Positions 50,544 through 62,963 of a stretch of 64,000 bases of DNA are shown here, piece after piece (position 1 is the stretch's first letter; each line of letters starts with the position of its first letter). The position numbers and the translations under genes are program-made. Under the pieces are notes generated by a model. That model worked only from the letters and a program-made list of their open reading frames with translations, was not told the DNA's origin and made no database searches. The stretch is from Octopus sinensis (lineage: Eukaryota): assembly GCF_006345805.1 (NCBI RefSeq), contig NC_043007.1:35340001-35404000 (forward strand), in the 5' to 3' direction.

Positions 50544-50942
50544 CATACACGTGTATATATATTTTATGTATGTATGTATATATATATATATATATATATG
50601 AATTAGAAAAAACACCTTTTATCAATTCAAAACGAACAATTAAATTACACCATCTAGAAAATTACATATAATAGAAATATTATAATTAAAATAATAATAT
50701 ACCGATGATTAAGTAAATTGCAAAATAATAATAAAAACGTATATATTTGGTAATGTATGTATGTATATATAGGTGCAGGCGTGGCGGTGTAATAAGAATC
50801 TTGCTTCCCAACTACATGGTTCTGGGTTCAGTCCCGCTGCGTGGCACCTTGGGCAAGTGTCTTCTACTACAACCTTGGGCCGACCAAAGCCTTGTGAGTG
50901 GTTTTGGTAGACAGAAACTGAAAGAAGCCCGTCGTATATATA

Positions 50943-51334
50943 TCTTTATATATAAAAGTCAAGTTGTGTGTCTGTCTCCTACGATTTAGATTCCTAACTA
51001 CTCCCACATTTTGCGGTGCAGTTTAACCAAATCCGGGTATCTTATAGTCAGGATTCATATCGAGCCCTTCTGGGTATTAGCGCGCGTCTACGATGAGTCT
51101 ACGATTTTAAAAAAAAATTACCATAATTTTTTTCCATTTTAATGCATTTTTTTGCTATTATATAAGGGAAGTAACTCTCTAAAAATGTCTACGATGAGTC
51201 AACGATTAAAAAAAAATTACCATAATTTTTTTCCATTTTAATGCATTTTTTTGCTATTTTTTGGGTATAATTCTCTAAAATGTTTATATAGTTATTTCCC
51301 TTACAACCCGAGCAACGCCGGGCGATACTGCTAT
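50943..51334 (+). mobile_element. Non-autonomous Helitron
   Basis: A|TCTTTATATATAAAA start; 3' hairpin CCCGAGCAACGCCGGG then CGATACTGCTA(T); internal tandem duplication of about 100 bp. Confidence 0.8.
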
Positions 51335-51642
51335 ATATATAATATATATATATATATATAATTATATATATAGATATATATATATATACATATATATATA
51401 CATGTATGTATATAAATGTATATATATATTTATGTGTGTCTTTGTGTCTGCGTTTGTTCCCCCCCTCCCAACATCACTTGGCAATTGATGTTGATGTGTT
51501 TGCGGCACCGTAACTTAGCAGTTCGGCAGAAGGGACCGATAGAATAAGCATCAGGCTTACAAACAATAAGTAAGTCCAAGGGTCTATTTCTTCGATAAAA
51601 GGCGGTGCTCCAGCATGGCCACATTCAATTGACTGAAACAAA

Positions 51643-52024
51643 TCTATATATATATATATATATAGCTGAAGTTGTCTGTGTGTGGCAGGTTTGGTAGCCT
51701 TCAACTAACACTATCTCCTCCAAGACCCTGGGGCGCAAGTTGACTTAAATTGAGAGTATGATAGAAGGCTTGCTCTTCATTCCTTAGAAGATAAAATTCA
51801 AATCGGACCATGTTAACACCAAAAATTATTTACATCAAAAAGGTGCTTAATTTTCTATGAAAATCCCTATTTTTTACGATTTTTTGACTGCTGTGTCGCC
51901 ATTTTTCGTTGTATTTCAACCAGAAAAATGTTCACAAGCTACATAAGGCAACATTTTTACTTTTCAAAAATTCCAGTTCTAACGGGTCGAAACAAACCCG
52001 AGCAACGCCGGGCGATACAGCTAG
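51643..52024 (+). mobile_element. Non-autonomous Helitron (382 bp)
   Basis: A|TCTATATA ... CCCGAGCAACGCCGGG CGATACAG CTAG|T: TC start, subterminal hairpin, CTAG end, A^T target, no TSD. Confidence 0.9.
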
Positions 52025-52344
52025 TAAAAGAATAAAAGAATAAAAGAATATGTGTTTGAAAATTAGTGTATTTTGGAAAAAGGCCTAACTTTTGAAAATT
52101 ATAAAAACAATCCGATGGAGTAAAAGCAGCAGCAACAACAAAATCGATGATGATGACGTGGAGAGTGTGTTAATCGATTATATTGACCACAATAATTGGC
52201 TGATATTTTATTTTATCGACCCTTGAAAGTTAAATAGGTAAAGTTGACCTTGGTGTGATTTAAACTCGGAGCGTTAAAAAGTCGGAGCACTTACTGCAAA
52301 GCATTTTATCCGACGCTCTATTGATCCTGCTAGATCTCTACCCT

Positions 52345-52875
52345 CAGTTCCACCCTTGCTGCATAAGCTGCAAACCCTGGGTGCCGCTGCCTGTAACGCG
52401 GAGGAGAGAAAAATCGATAAATATAAGGGCCTGATCGAACCGACCGCTGTCAGTTTGTGCTGGTCGCCGTCGAGACGTCAGGTGTTCTAGGACCTCATTC
52501 AACCGATTTCCTCCGCAAAATAGGGATAACGGTGGGAGCTGGCAGAATTGTTAGCACGCCGGGCGAAATGCTTAGCTGTATTTCCTCTGCCGTTACGTTC
52601 TGAGTTCAAATTCCCCCGAGGTCGACTTTGCCTTTCATCCTTTCGGGGTTGATTAAATGAGTACCAGTTACGCACTGGTATCGATATAATCGACTTAGTC
52701 CCCTTGTTTGTCCTCCATATGTTTAGACCCCTGTGGGCAATAAAGAAATTAAAAAAAAAGGGATAACGGCGGCCTGTCAGAAAAAATGAACCCTGCCAGG
52801 TGGAGTGACTACCGTAGCGAATGTCGCTGGCTATTCTCCGCGGCAACGCCATTGTCGCTGGACACGGCTGAATAC
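52345..52875 (+). pseudogene. CRE-clade-like non-LTR retrotransposon C-terminal RLE fragment, split by a SINE
   Basis: GAAACNAEERKIDKYKGL / RCQFVLVAVETSGVLGPHSTDFLRKIG / RMSLAILRGNA follow the A..AE.RK..KY...F.P.AVET.G..G....FL..+G...RLS.A+.RGNA pattern. Confidence 0.72.
52533..52758 (+). mobile_element. SINE family B, full-length, with 11-bp TSD
   Basis: AGGGATAACGG at 52522-52532 and 52759-52769. Confidence 0.92.
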
Positions 52876-53059
52876 ACTGTGGACCATCGCCTCCTCCATC
52901 TTCTGCTGCTTTGCCACCACCTTTTTTCTTTTTTTCCATTTCCTTTCTTACCTCTCCTTTCCCCCGTTTCTTTGTATTTAAATGTTTTTATTGAAATCAA
53001 ACATACCAATTAACGGATTAAACATTGAAAGGAATTTAGGCGAGCGTTCTACTAGTTCT

Positions 53060-53222
53060 GTCATGTCACTAGTGCTCAATTGGTATTTATTTTATCGATC
53101 CCGAAGAGATGAAATGCAAAGTCGACCTTAGCTGCATTTGAACTCAGAACGTAGAGAACCGGAAGAAATATCGCAAAGCAGTTTGAGTAACCCGGGATGA
53201 ATTGCTAGCTCACCGCCTTATG
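53060..53222 (-). mobile_element. SINE family B-type diverged copy
   Basis: TATTTTATCGATCCCG...GAACTCAGAACGTAG...GCTAGCTCACCGCCTT. Confidence 0.72.
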
Positions 53223-53384
53223 TCACTGTTTTAATAATCCTTTCTATTATAGGCACAAGACCAGAAATTTTGAAGAAAGGATTTGTCGATTACATGATCT
53301 CTAGTACTCAACTGGTACATATTTCCTCAACTCCGAAAATTCGACCTCGGCTACATTCGTACTCAGAACGTAAAGAGCTGGAAG

Positions 53385-54125
53385 AGATACCTATTTCTTT
53401 ACTGCCCACAAGGGGCTAAACACAGAGAGGACAAACAAGGACAGACAAACGGATTAAGTCGATTATATCGACCCCAGTCCGTAACTGGTACTTATTTAAT
53501 CGACCCCGAAAGGATGAAAGGCATAGTCGACCTCGCGGAATTTGAACTCAGAACGTAGCGGCAGACGAAATACGGCTACGCATTTCGCTCGGCGTGCTAA
53601 CGTTTCTGCCAGCTCGCCGCCTTTGCTGGAAGAAATACCTATTTCTATTTCTTTATTACCCACAAGGGACTAAACACAGAGCGGACAAACAAGGACAGAC
53701 ATAGGTATTAAGTCGATTACATCGACCCCAGTGCGTAACTGGTACTTAATTTATCGACCCTGAAAGGATGAAAGGCAAAGTCGACCTCGGCGAAATTTGA
53801 ACTCACAACGTAACGCAGACGAAATACCGCTAAGCATTTCGCTCGGCGTGCTAACGTTTCTGCCAGCTCCCCGCGTTTGCTGGAAGAAATACCTATTTCT
53901 TTATTACCCACAAGGGGCTAAACATAGAGAGGACAAACAAGGATAGACAAACGGATTAAGTCGATTATATCGACCCCAGTGCGTAACTGGTACTTATTTA
54001 ACCGACCCCGAAAGGATGAAAGGCATAGTCGACCTCGGCGGAATTTGAACTCAGAACGTAGTGGCAGACGAAATACGGCTACGCATTTCACCCGGCGTGC
54101 TAACGTTTCTGCCAGCTCGCCGTTA
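53385..54125 (-). mobile_element. Head-to-tail trimer of SINE family B inside an older B-type copy
   Basis: Three copies, each preceded by GCTGGAAGA(G/A)ATACCTATT. Copies 1 and 3 share diagnostic bases that differ from copy 2. Confidence 0.9.
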
Positions 54126-54252
54126 AGCATTTTGTCTGGCCTGCTAATAAAGATTCTGTAAGCTCACTGCGTTATGCCACTATTCTAATAACGCGTCCTT
54201 TTACATTATTACATTTTTATTTTTTACAGCACTTTGTCAGAAGAAGAATGGA

Positions 54253-54635
54253 TGGAAGCACTCCGTCGGTTACGACGACAAGGGTTCCGGTTGATCCGAA
54301 TCAACGGAACAGCCTGCTCGTGAAATTAACGTGTAAGTGGCTGAGCACTCCACAGACACGTGTACCCTTAACGTAGTTCTCGGGGATATTCAGCGTGACA
54401 CAGAGAGTGACAAGGCCGGCCCTTTGAAATACAGGTACAACAGAAATAGGAAGTAAGAGTGAGAGAAAGTTGTGGTGAAAGAGTACAGCAGGGATCACCA
54501 CCATCCTCTGCCGGAGCCTCGTGGAGCTTTAGGTGTTTTCGCTCAATAAACACTCACAACGCCCGGTCTGGGAATCGAAACCGCGATCATATGACCGCGA
54601 GTCCGCTGCCCTAACCACTGGGCCATTGCGCCTCC
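54253..54635 (-). mobile_element. SINE family C, full-length
   Basis: Reverse complement of 40367-40751. Confidence 0.92.
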
Positions 54636-55354
54636 CCGAGAAGAGGAATGATGGCATCGATGACTTGTGTCTTTGGGAAAGGAGGAAGTTATCTTCAAAG
54701 CAGAAATATGACCCAAATGCTTGCAGCATAATGGACCCCAATAAAGACGCTATAGGACAGACAGAGTTTTGGGGTTAAACTGGACAATATGTTAAGTTTA
54801 TCAAACTAGGACCCATGCTTGTGCCGAAAGAAGAAAAAGAAAGTATATTACTGTTTGCCATTGTTGTCTAGTTCTCAGACCAAATTATATTGAGCAGAGC
54901 TGTGATCAAAAGCGTTCCTGTCATGAACATCTCGTCTTTCTGTATCTCAGGTAATACATTACCCAATTATCTCGTTGTTTGTAAGGGAGCAATTTGAGAG
55001 AGATTTGGTTGTTATTTCTTGTTGCAGGTCGAACGACGTTATCGAAGCTTGCTGGTTCATGAATTTGACAGGCAAAGGCAAAGGCAAAGAAAGAGGGGGG
55101 GGGGAAGGGAGGGGGTGAAAAAGCAGGATGTCAATAATAATAATAATAATAATAATAATAAGAAGAAGAAGAAGAAGAAGAAGAAGAAAGAGACGAAGAT
55201 GGAATTTTCTAGTCGAATAAACAAAAAGGAAAAAACTCCTGAGCCTTTGTTATTTTTTATTAGATCGGGAGGAAAATCCACTGACACTACTAAATAAATA
55301 TTATGACGTTAAAGAGAAAAAGACAGAGGGGGAGAGAGAGAAAGATAGAGGGAG

Positions 55355-55418
<64 letters not shown>

Positions 55419-56589
55419 CAGAAATATATAGAAATCTATATAAGTAGAATTATCAATTATTTTCCTTTTTATCTTGGTCTTTCTCGTCTCCAGAAAAGAA
55501 AACAAACGCTTAAATGTATTGGTCGTCTATGAACTATCGTAGAAGCGAAAGAAGAGCAGGGTTGATATAAAGAATAACAAGGCTACACAATAGAATTGGA
55601 GAAGCGACGGGTGAGATAAAAAACACGCAACAAAAAAAACTAGACAATAGAAACGAAACGAAACGAAAGGTGAACACCAATAAAAGTAGTCCTATTCGTT
55701 CGATTTAAAGGTGTACGTGCAAAGTGTAATTCCAATGAAATGTGAGCAAAATGAAACGTGAGAAGAATGAAAGAAAATGGAATATAAATAAAGAAGCCTG
55801 TCGCTGTTGAAAATGTGTTGTCTCTAACGAAACATCCGGCCTTGGACAATACGGGAAAAAAAAAGCCAGATAAAGAAGAAATCTCAAAGTTGCCGCGTGA
55901 TTTGGTAGAAAAAGCAGTCAAATCTCGTTCAAATCACGTCGGTTAATGTAGTTTTTCACGCATACAAAGATGAAAAGGCTGGAATGCTTTTGATCGGTAA
56001 CCCAAAGAATTCCTTGCTGGCGGTTGCTATTGAAAATGTGGCGACTGTTACGAAACATACGGTTCTGAACAATACGAAATAGACAAGACAAAACGAAAAG
56101 CTCAAAGTTGTCGCGCGTCTTGCTAGAAAAGCAGCCAAATTTTATCCAAATCACACTGTAATCTCTTAATAAAAGATGGGAAAGTCATAAGGCTTTTGAT
56201 CTGTATTGTTGTCCCGTCAGTTCATCGCCTGATTCTTTGTTGTGAGGTCATTCATCTTCAGAATCTAAGTCAGAATATCTCAAGGCTATTAAATTGCGCT
56301 TAAACAAATTATTAAACTGATGATAAGAAATACAAAATTTCTCTATCTGTTGATATGTTATACTTATCACGGACTGATCAAGGATAACACAGATCGGCGA
56401 TCTGTCGAAGACTGTTTGTATCGCACAAAACGCGGCCCAGCGACCACCTACATTGCTCCGCTATCTAAGATGCACTGGCTATCGCTTGTATCCACATAAC
56501 CGTGTTAGTGGTGGTGGGGGCTCTGCTTATTTATATACGAATCTACGTACTCATACCCATCAACACGGGAGTATAAAAAAATAATAAAT

Positions 56590-56835
56590 GCGCCCTTTTA
56601 AAGCCTAGCCAGGCTCATGGGCCCGGTTTCCCGGTTTCTATGGCTTATGTGTTCTCCAGCTGGACGGGACGCCAGTCCATCGCAGCGTTACTCATTTCTG
56701 CCAGCTGAGTGGGCTGGAGCAACGTGAAATGCAGTGTTTTGCTCAAGAACACAACCCGTCGCCCGGTCCAGGAATCGAAACCACAATCTTACGATCATAA
56801 TGCTGACACCCTAACCACTAAGCCACGCGCCTCCA
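56590..56835 (-). mobile_element. SINE family D, full-length
   Basis: Minus-strand head TGGAGGCGCGTGGCTTAGTGGTTAGGG with B box GGTTTCGATTCC; tail ...GGCTAGGCTTTAAAAGGGCGC. Confidence 0.9.
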
Positions 56836-56993
56836 CCAACATGGGAGTAGTGAACAGGAAAAAGTACGAAGGCATCCAATCCTAACAAACGACACAGGCT
56901 AGTAATATTCTCTACAGGAAAAGGAAGAGATGACCAAGAAAATGCTTAACGATAGAAGCTTGGCTGCTGTGGGCCTCGAGTTTTGTGTCAATG

Positions 56994-57282
56994 AAACTAC
57001 CATTCGTTCTATTTTACAAAGTGCATTGATGCGTTTCATTTATCACGGGTTCATTTACCACTGCTTTTTTTTTTAACCAAACCCTCGTGATAAACGAGGA
57101 TAGATGTAACAATGAAAGAAAGAGAGAGAGAGAGAGAGAGAACTACCATTCGTTTTATTTTACAAAGTGCATTGATGCGTTTCATTTATCACGGATTCAT
57201 TTACCACTGCTTTTTTTTTAACCAAACCCTCGTGATAAACGAGGATAGATGTAACAATGTAAGAAAGAGAGAGAGAGAAACA
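56994..57282. repeat. Tandem duplication of about 145 bp ending in (GA)n
   Basis: AACTACCATTCGTT.TATTTTACAAAGTGCATTGATGCG...GATGTAACAATG occurs twice. Confidence 0.92.
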
Positions 57283-58129
57283 GACAGATTGACGGACAGT
57301 TAAGCAGACGGACGGACAGAGAGAGAAATGGAAAGAGAGAGAGAGAGAGAGAGAGAGAAGAAAAAAGAAAGAAAGAAAAAGAGAGAGAGAGTCACCAGAT
57401 CCAGTAGTTTCAATCAAAGACAACTTTTAAACGATGGGAAAACGAGAGAGCTTTCTTCGAATGACAAGATATTTGATAAAAAATCCTCTGAAAATTAATT
57501 AGAATGTTAAAATAAGTCAAATATAGAAATACTAGAACCAGCTAAGAAGCTAGAAATGATGTAAAGATATTGAAGAAATATATACACAAAAAATTTTTTT
57601 TCAAGTCGCAACAAAGTGTCAACTTTCAATATAAAGAAGACTCAACGAAAACAAAATAATTTTTTTATCCAAATGAATATGAAAAAAAAAATTAAAATTA
57701 AAATTAGCGATATATATATATATATAGAAAAATAAAATATTTATTAAATGATAAAACAAAAATAAGAAACTAACAGTTGGAAACTTCTTTGAATAGATAA
57801 GAATGCCAAATGTTTAGTTGAAATATCTTCCAAGTTCATGCAAGGCTCTTTTACGAGAGCAATGAATAGCTTTCTGGAACGACTTCAAATGACATCGTGC
57901 CAATAGGCATTAAAAGGTTGGATAACTCTCAAGATGCTATGAACCCGAAGAAGTGTAGGTCCAACCATTGCTTTGTCAATAACGAATACATTTGACATCT
58001 GTATTTATACTCGGTAACAGGCAGTGTGAACACATGGAAAGGTTAAAAAAAACCCTTGGCAGAGGAACAGAAAGGGGTGCTGCAGTGGGGTATATGGATG
58101 TGAGAACAAACTCCACAGGATGTAATAAT

Positions 58130-58437
58130 GGAAGATGATGTAGATGTTGCTGGTGGTGATGCTGGTGGTTTTGGTGGTGGTTGTGATGATGATGATAATG
58201 ATGATAATGATTATGATAATGATGATGATGATGAGGAGGTGGAGGAGGAGGATGACGACGACTGTGACGATGACCATGACGATGATGATGATGACGACGA
58301 TGATGATGATGATGATGATGATGATGGTGATGATGATTATGATGATATTGATGATGATGACGACGACGACGACCTTGACGATGACGATGATGATGATGAT
58401 GATGATGATTGATGATGATGATGGTGAAGACGATGAA

Positions 58438-58480
<43 letters not shown>

Positions 58481-58494
58481 GTGAAGACGATGAA

Positions 58495-58555
<61 letters not shown>
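58130..58555. repeat. (GAT)n trinucleotide tract
   Basis: Directly visible. Confidence 0.95.
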
Positions 58556-58832
58556 CAAATTTTTGCAGAAGGCAGACACATTTAGAGTAGGGTGTGAGTC
58601 GATTTAATCGATTCCCAATACTCATACAGGTATTTCACTTTATTGACCCCCTCCCCTTCCCCGAATGGAATGAAAAACCAATGTTGACTTCGGCGGAACT
58701 TGAACTCAGAATTTTAAAGCCGGAACAAATACCGCAAGGTCTTTAAATGTCCGACGTTCAAATAATTCTGTCAATACTTCACCCTCATAACCGCTTCTTG
58801 CTAGTCTGTAGGCATGACACTAGGAGAGAGAG

Positions 58833-58885
<53 letters not shown>

Positions 58886-59353
58886 GTAGCGAGAAGATAG
58901 ACAGACAGAGAATGAGTGAAAAAAATTTACAAGAGAACGCCTTGAATTTGATGTAAAACTGATGTATTCATTACGTATCCGAGAAGGGAGAGAACTTGTA
59001 TAATACAGAATTGTTGTTGAGTAATGATAAGGAGGATTACGAAAGTAGTGACCGGAAAACAGTTTTCGCTATTTTGTCATTTAATAGATCAGCATCAATG
59101 TTATTCGGTGCTAAAAAGATAATTCTGAAAAATCTTTCCGACTTATCAATGTAATTTCTATATGAAATTTACTATGAAAATGCTAAAGCAAAACAAAATA
59201 AAAATCTCAACAAACAATCAGAAAAACAATGAAATAATGTCACTGTAATCAAGTATAACATTTTATTATCAGGAAACTTGACAGGACAAATTTTAACAGA
59301 TTAAGAGATACAAGCAAAAACAAAAGAAGAAGAAGTGAATAGATAAGAACGGA

Positions 59354-59775
59354 GGATCTTTTCGGTTTGAACGGCAGTTTTTAACATAATTTCTAAGTAA
59401 CTAAAAAAATTTAAACTTCATATACTGGTAGAATGTGTTTATAAAACATCTTTTTCTCTTGGCTTTATTGAGAAAATTCTATAGTTTCTAAGATATTTGT
59501 TGTTCTTTTTTTCTTCAATTTCAACCAATCAGTGACGTCTATTGAGTTAAAAAGCATTCTGTGCCGTATGAATATGTCCCTCGTTTAAGAAACAGATTGG
59601 GGTTATTTACATTTGTGAAGAAAAAAAGATACCCTTCCCCCACCCCTAACTCTAACCCTAACCCTGAAAGAGATTGAAATACAACAGATCGATTCTAGGG
59701 TCATAATTATGGGTGACAATTTCATGTGACACAGCTAGAAAAAAAAAAAAACTGCCGTTCAAACCGAAAAGATCC
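59354..59775. mobile_element. GGATCTT-terminated MITE with internal TAACCC repeats and 8-bp TSD; related to 1085-1599
   Basis: GGATCTTTTCGGTTTGAACGGCAGTTTTT / AAAAAACTGCCGTTCAAACCGAAAAGATCC; flanks AGAACGGA / AGAAAGGA (7/8); CTAACTCTAACCCTAACCCT at about 59646-59665. Confidence 0.88.
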
Positions 59776-59974
59776 AGAAAGGATTATGAGGTTGGACAGA
59801 CACAGCTATCTAATGGCTAGGTACAAATTAGTAGCTACTTGTCGCTATATAGAAATATTGCAAAAAAAAAAAAAAACAACAAAAAATCATAATTACCGAC
59901 AAGTGGTATAAACATCAAAAACTATCATTAAAATCGAATTATTCCCAATGTTCTGAAATACGAGATGGTATACG

Positions 59975-60673
59975 CTTTTACGCTTTTACAGTCATTTGAC
60001 CGTGGCCATGCTGGAGCACCACCTCTAGTCGAGCAAATCAACCCCAGAACTCATTCTTTGTAAGCTTAGTACTTATTCTATCGGTCTCTTTTGCCGAACT
60101 GCTAAGTTACGGGGACGTAAACACACCAGCATCAATTGTCAAGCGATGTTGGGGGAACAAACAGAGACACACAAACATATACGCACACGCATACAAACAT
60201 ATATATACACATATATACGATTGGCTTCTTTCAGTTTCCGTCTACCAAATCCACTCACAAGGCTTTGGCTTGGTATACGCTTTTACGCTTTTACTTGTTT
60301 CAGTCATTTGACCATGGCCATGGTGGAGCACCGCCTTTAGTCGAGCAAATCGACACCAGAACTTATTCTTTGTAAGCCTAGTACTTATTCTATCGGTCTG
60401 TTTTGCCGAACCGCTAAGTTACGGGGACGTAAACACACCAGCATCAATTGTCAAGCGATGTTGGGGGGACAAACACAGACACAAACATATACACACACGT
60501 ATCCAAACATATATATACACATATATACGACGGGATTCTTTCAGTTTCCGTCTACCAAATCTACTCACAAGGCTATAGTAGGAGACACTTGCCCAAGGTA
60601 CCATGCAGTGGGACTGAACCCGGAACCAAGCGGTTCGTAGGGAAGCTACTTACCACACAGACACTCCTACGCC
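59975..60673 (-). mobile_element. Two tandem SINE family A copies (one truncated, one full)
   Basis: TGGTATACGCTTTTACGCTTTTAC...CAGTCATTTGACC occurs at about 59967 and 60271, consistent with a local duplication that includes flank. Confidence 0.88.
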
Positions 60674-60675
60674 TA

Positions 60676-62046
60676 TCAGAAAGTTTCCGGATTAATTCTG
60701 TTGTGCACTAACAGATGGCACCTCATGGTTGCATGCACAGTTAGAGCTAGAAGTGATCTTCATGAGGCAGTGTGCTGATTAACATTGCTGTGTTTATTTC
60801 GCAAGTTGTGAAGTTTGTGTCTTTGCGACCTCGTGCATGCTGTAGTCTGCGATTTTTGTCATGGACAGGAATAAAGAGTCAACAGGATATTTTGTGTTAA
60901 ACTTGGGAAGTCTACTACAGAGACATTGAGCTTGCCTCGATAAGCTTATGGTGATGAGGCAATGGGTCGTATGCAATGTTTCAAGTGGCACGGGCGCTTC
61001 AAAAGCGGAAGAACAGCCGTGGAAGATGATGAATGATCTGGGAGAGCTGCTACGAGCGTCACCGGAAATGTATTGGTTGTCCGGAAAGTTCGTGCCGATT
61101 TTTAAAGGAAAGAAAAATATCAATAAATACTTGCCATTACATTTTTAATGAACCAAATATGAATAATTTCGTTGCACAATGCGTCTCCATTCTTCCTTTA
61201 ACTTGAAAGTACCCTCTTCCCAGAATTGAGGTGGTTTCATGGCAAAGAATTCATCAAGGTATCTTTTTACGTCATCCAAGGAATTGAAATTTTCACCATT
61301 AAGACTATTCTGTAGAGACCTGAATAAGTGGAAATCCGAAGAAGCTATATTTGGTGAATATGGAGGGTGGGGTAACACATCCAAGCCGAGCTGTAGCAAT
61401 TTGTGTCTAGTTCCCAAAGCATCACGTACCGAAAATGAACTTTCTTATCTTCCATTTTAAAGGGATACAGAATTAACACAGGTTATCGGAAAAATAAACC
61501 TTCTTCCACGAAAAGATAGCTTAAACTGTGCTCTAAATGGCGGTGTAGTCAAATCCTATTTTATAGACTCAACCATGTTCTAAAATAAGTCGAAGTGTAA
61601 GCTACTATAAATCGGCATGAACTTTCTGGACAACCCAATAGTATTGTGTATCAAGGATTCATCTCACAGGGTCTGTGGTGCGCGATGAATTGTATTCTTC
61701 ACCGAGCTCTCCTCACTCGTGAGTTTTTCGTCAAAAACAACATGGTATCTCTACCGCACCCGCCCTATTCGCCTGATTTAGCTCCTGCGAACTTCCGTCT
61801 CTTCCCAAAGATGAAAATGTACCTCAAAGGTCGCCATTTTAACACCGTTGTCGAGATCCACACCGAATAGTAGAAGGATGTCGACTCGCTTACGGAAAAC
61901 GACTTCCAAGCCGGATTCCCAAAGTGGCAGGAACACTAGGACCGGTGTATTACTGCGCAAGATGACTATTTCGAAGGTGATGATGTTAAAACTTAGGTAA
62001 ATAAGTAATTTTTTTATGAAACATAACTAGCCCAGGAACCATTTGA
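60676..62046 (+). mobile_element. Decayed mariner (second family) with a large internal deletion, hosting a nested mariner derivative
   Basis: N-terminal CVKLGKSTTET...AYGDEAMGRMQCFKWHGRFKSGRTAVEDDE*SGRAATSVT; C-terminal GIVYQGF, LPHPPYSPDLAPANFRLFPKMK and RCITAQDDYFEGD; imperfect TIR TATCAGAAAGTTTCCGG / CCAGGAACCATTTGATA. Confidence 0.85.
61073..61638 (-). mobile_element. Non-autonomous mariner deletion derivative, same family and breakpoint as 9756-10316
   Basis: Same TIRs, TA on both sides, same junction (AAGCATCA..TACCGAAAAT.AACTTTCTTATCT). Confidence 0.95.
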
Positions 62047-62136
62047 TATACGAGGAAAGTGATCAAGAATTCTGAACAAGTCACCACATATTGTTATTAT
62101 ATATTATTAAAAACATTAAATTATATTAAAAACTGT

Positions 62137-62423
62137 GGAGGCGCAATGGCCCAGTTGTTAAAGCAACGGACTCGCGGTTGGAGGATCGCGGTTTCAATTC
62201 CCACACTGGGCATTGTGTGTGTTTATTGAGCGAAAACACCTAAAAGCTCCACAAGGCTGCGGCAGAGGGGAGTGGCAACCCCTGTTGTACTCTTTCTCTC
62301 ACTCTCTCTTCCTGTTTCTTTAGTAACGCTGAGATGGACTAGCGTCCCTTCCAGCTGGGGGTACACATACGCCACAGAAACCGGGAAATCGGGCCCATGA
62401 ACCTGGCTAGGCTTGAAAAGGGC
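62137..62423 (+). mobile_element. Chimeric SINE: family C head/body with family D tail
   Basis: GGAGGCGCAATGGCCCAG...CTCTCTCTTCCTGTTTC (C), then CCAGCTGG...GGGCCCATGAACCTGGCTAGGCTTGAAAAGGGC (D). Confidence 0.8.
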
Positions 62424-62434
62424 AAAAACAATAT

Positions 62435-62917
62435 ACTCTTTTACTTGTTTCAGTCATTTGACTGCGGCCATGCTGGAGCACCGCCTTTAATCGAGCAACT
62501 CGACCCCAGGACTTATTCTTTTTTTGTAAGCCCAGTACTTATTCTATCGGTCTCTTTTGCCGAACCGCTAAGTGACGGGGACATAAACACACCAGCATCG
62601 GTTGTCAAGCAATGCTAGGGGGACAAACACAGACAGACAAACATACACACATACATATATATATATATTATATATATATATATATAATATTAATTAGAGA
62701 CAAAACCACTATTATGCAAATCAAACAAAGAAAGACTTAATCCAATACATAAAAAATTTTATATAAATTAAATATAATTAAGATTAATGATTTGCATAAT
62801 AGTGGTTTTGTCTCTAATTAATATTATATTATATTTTACTATAAAATTGGATTCAATCCTAAATCTGATTTTTCCCTGTAAATTTGGATTTATTCCCTAA
62901 TATTTATTATTATTATT

Positions 62918-62963
<46 letters not shown>

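Larger units (their letters stand above)
50771..52045 (+). mobile_element. SINE family A copy interrupted by two Helitrons
   Basis: Head 50771-50940, 3' half about 51430-51642, tail resumes at 52025 (TAAAAGAATAAAAG). Confidence 0.88.
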
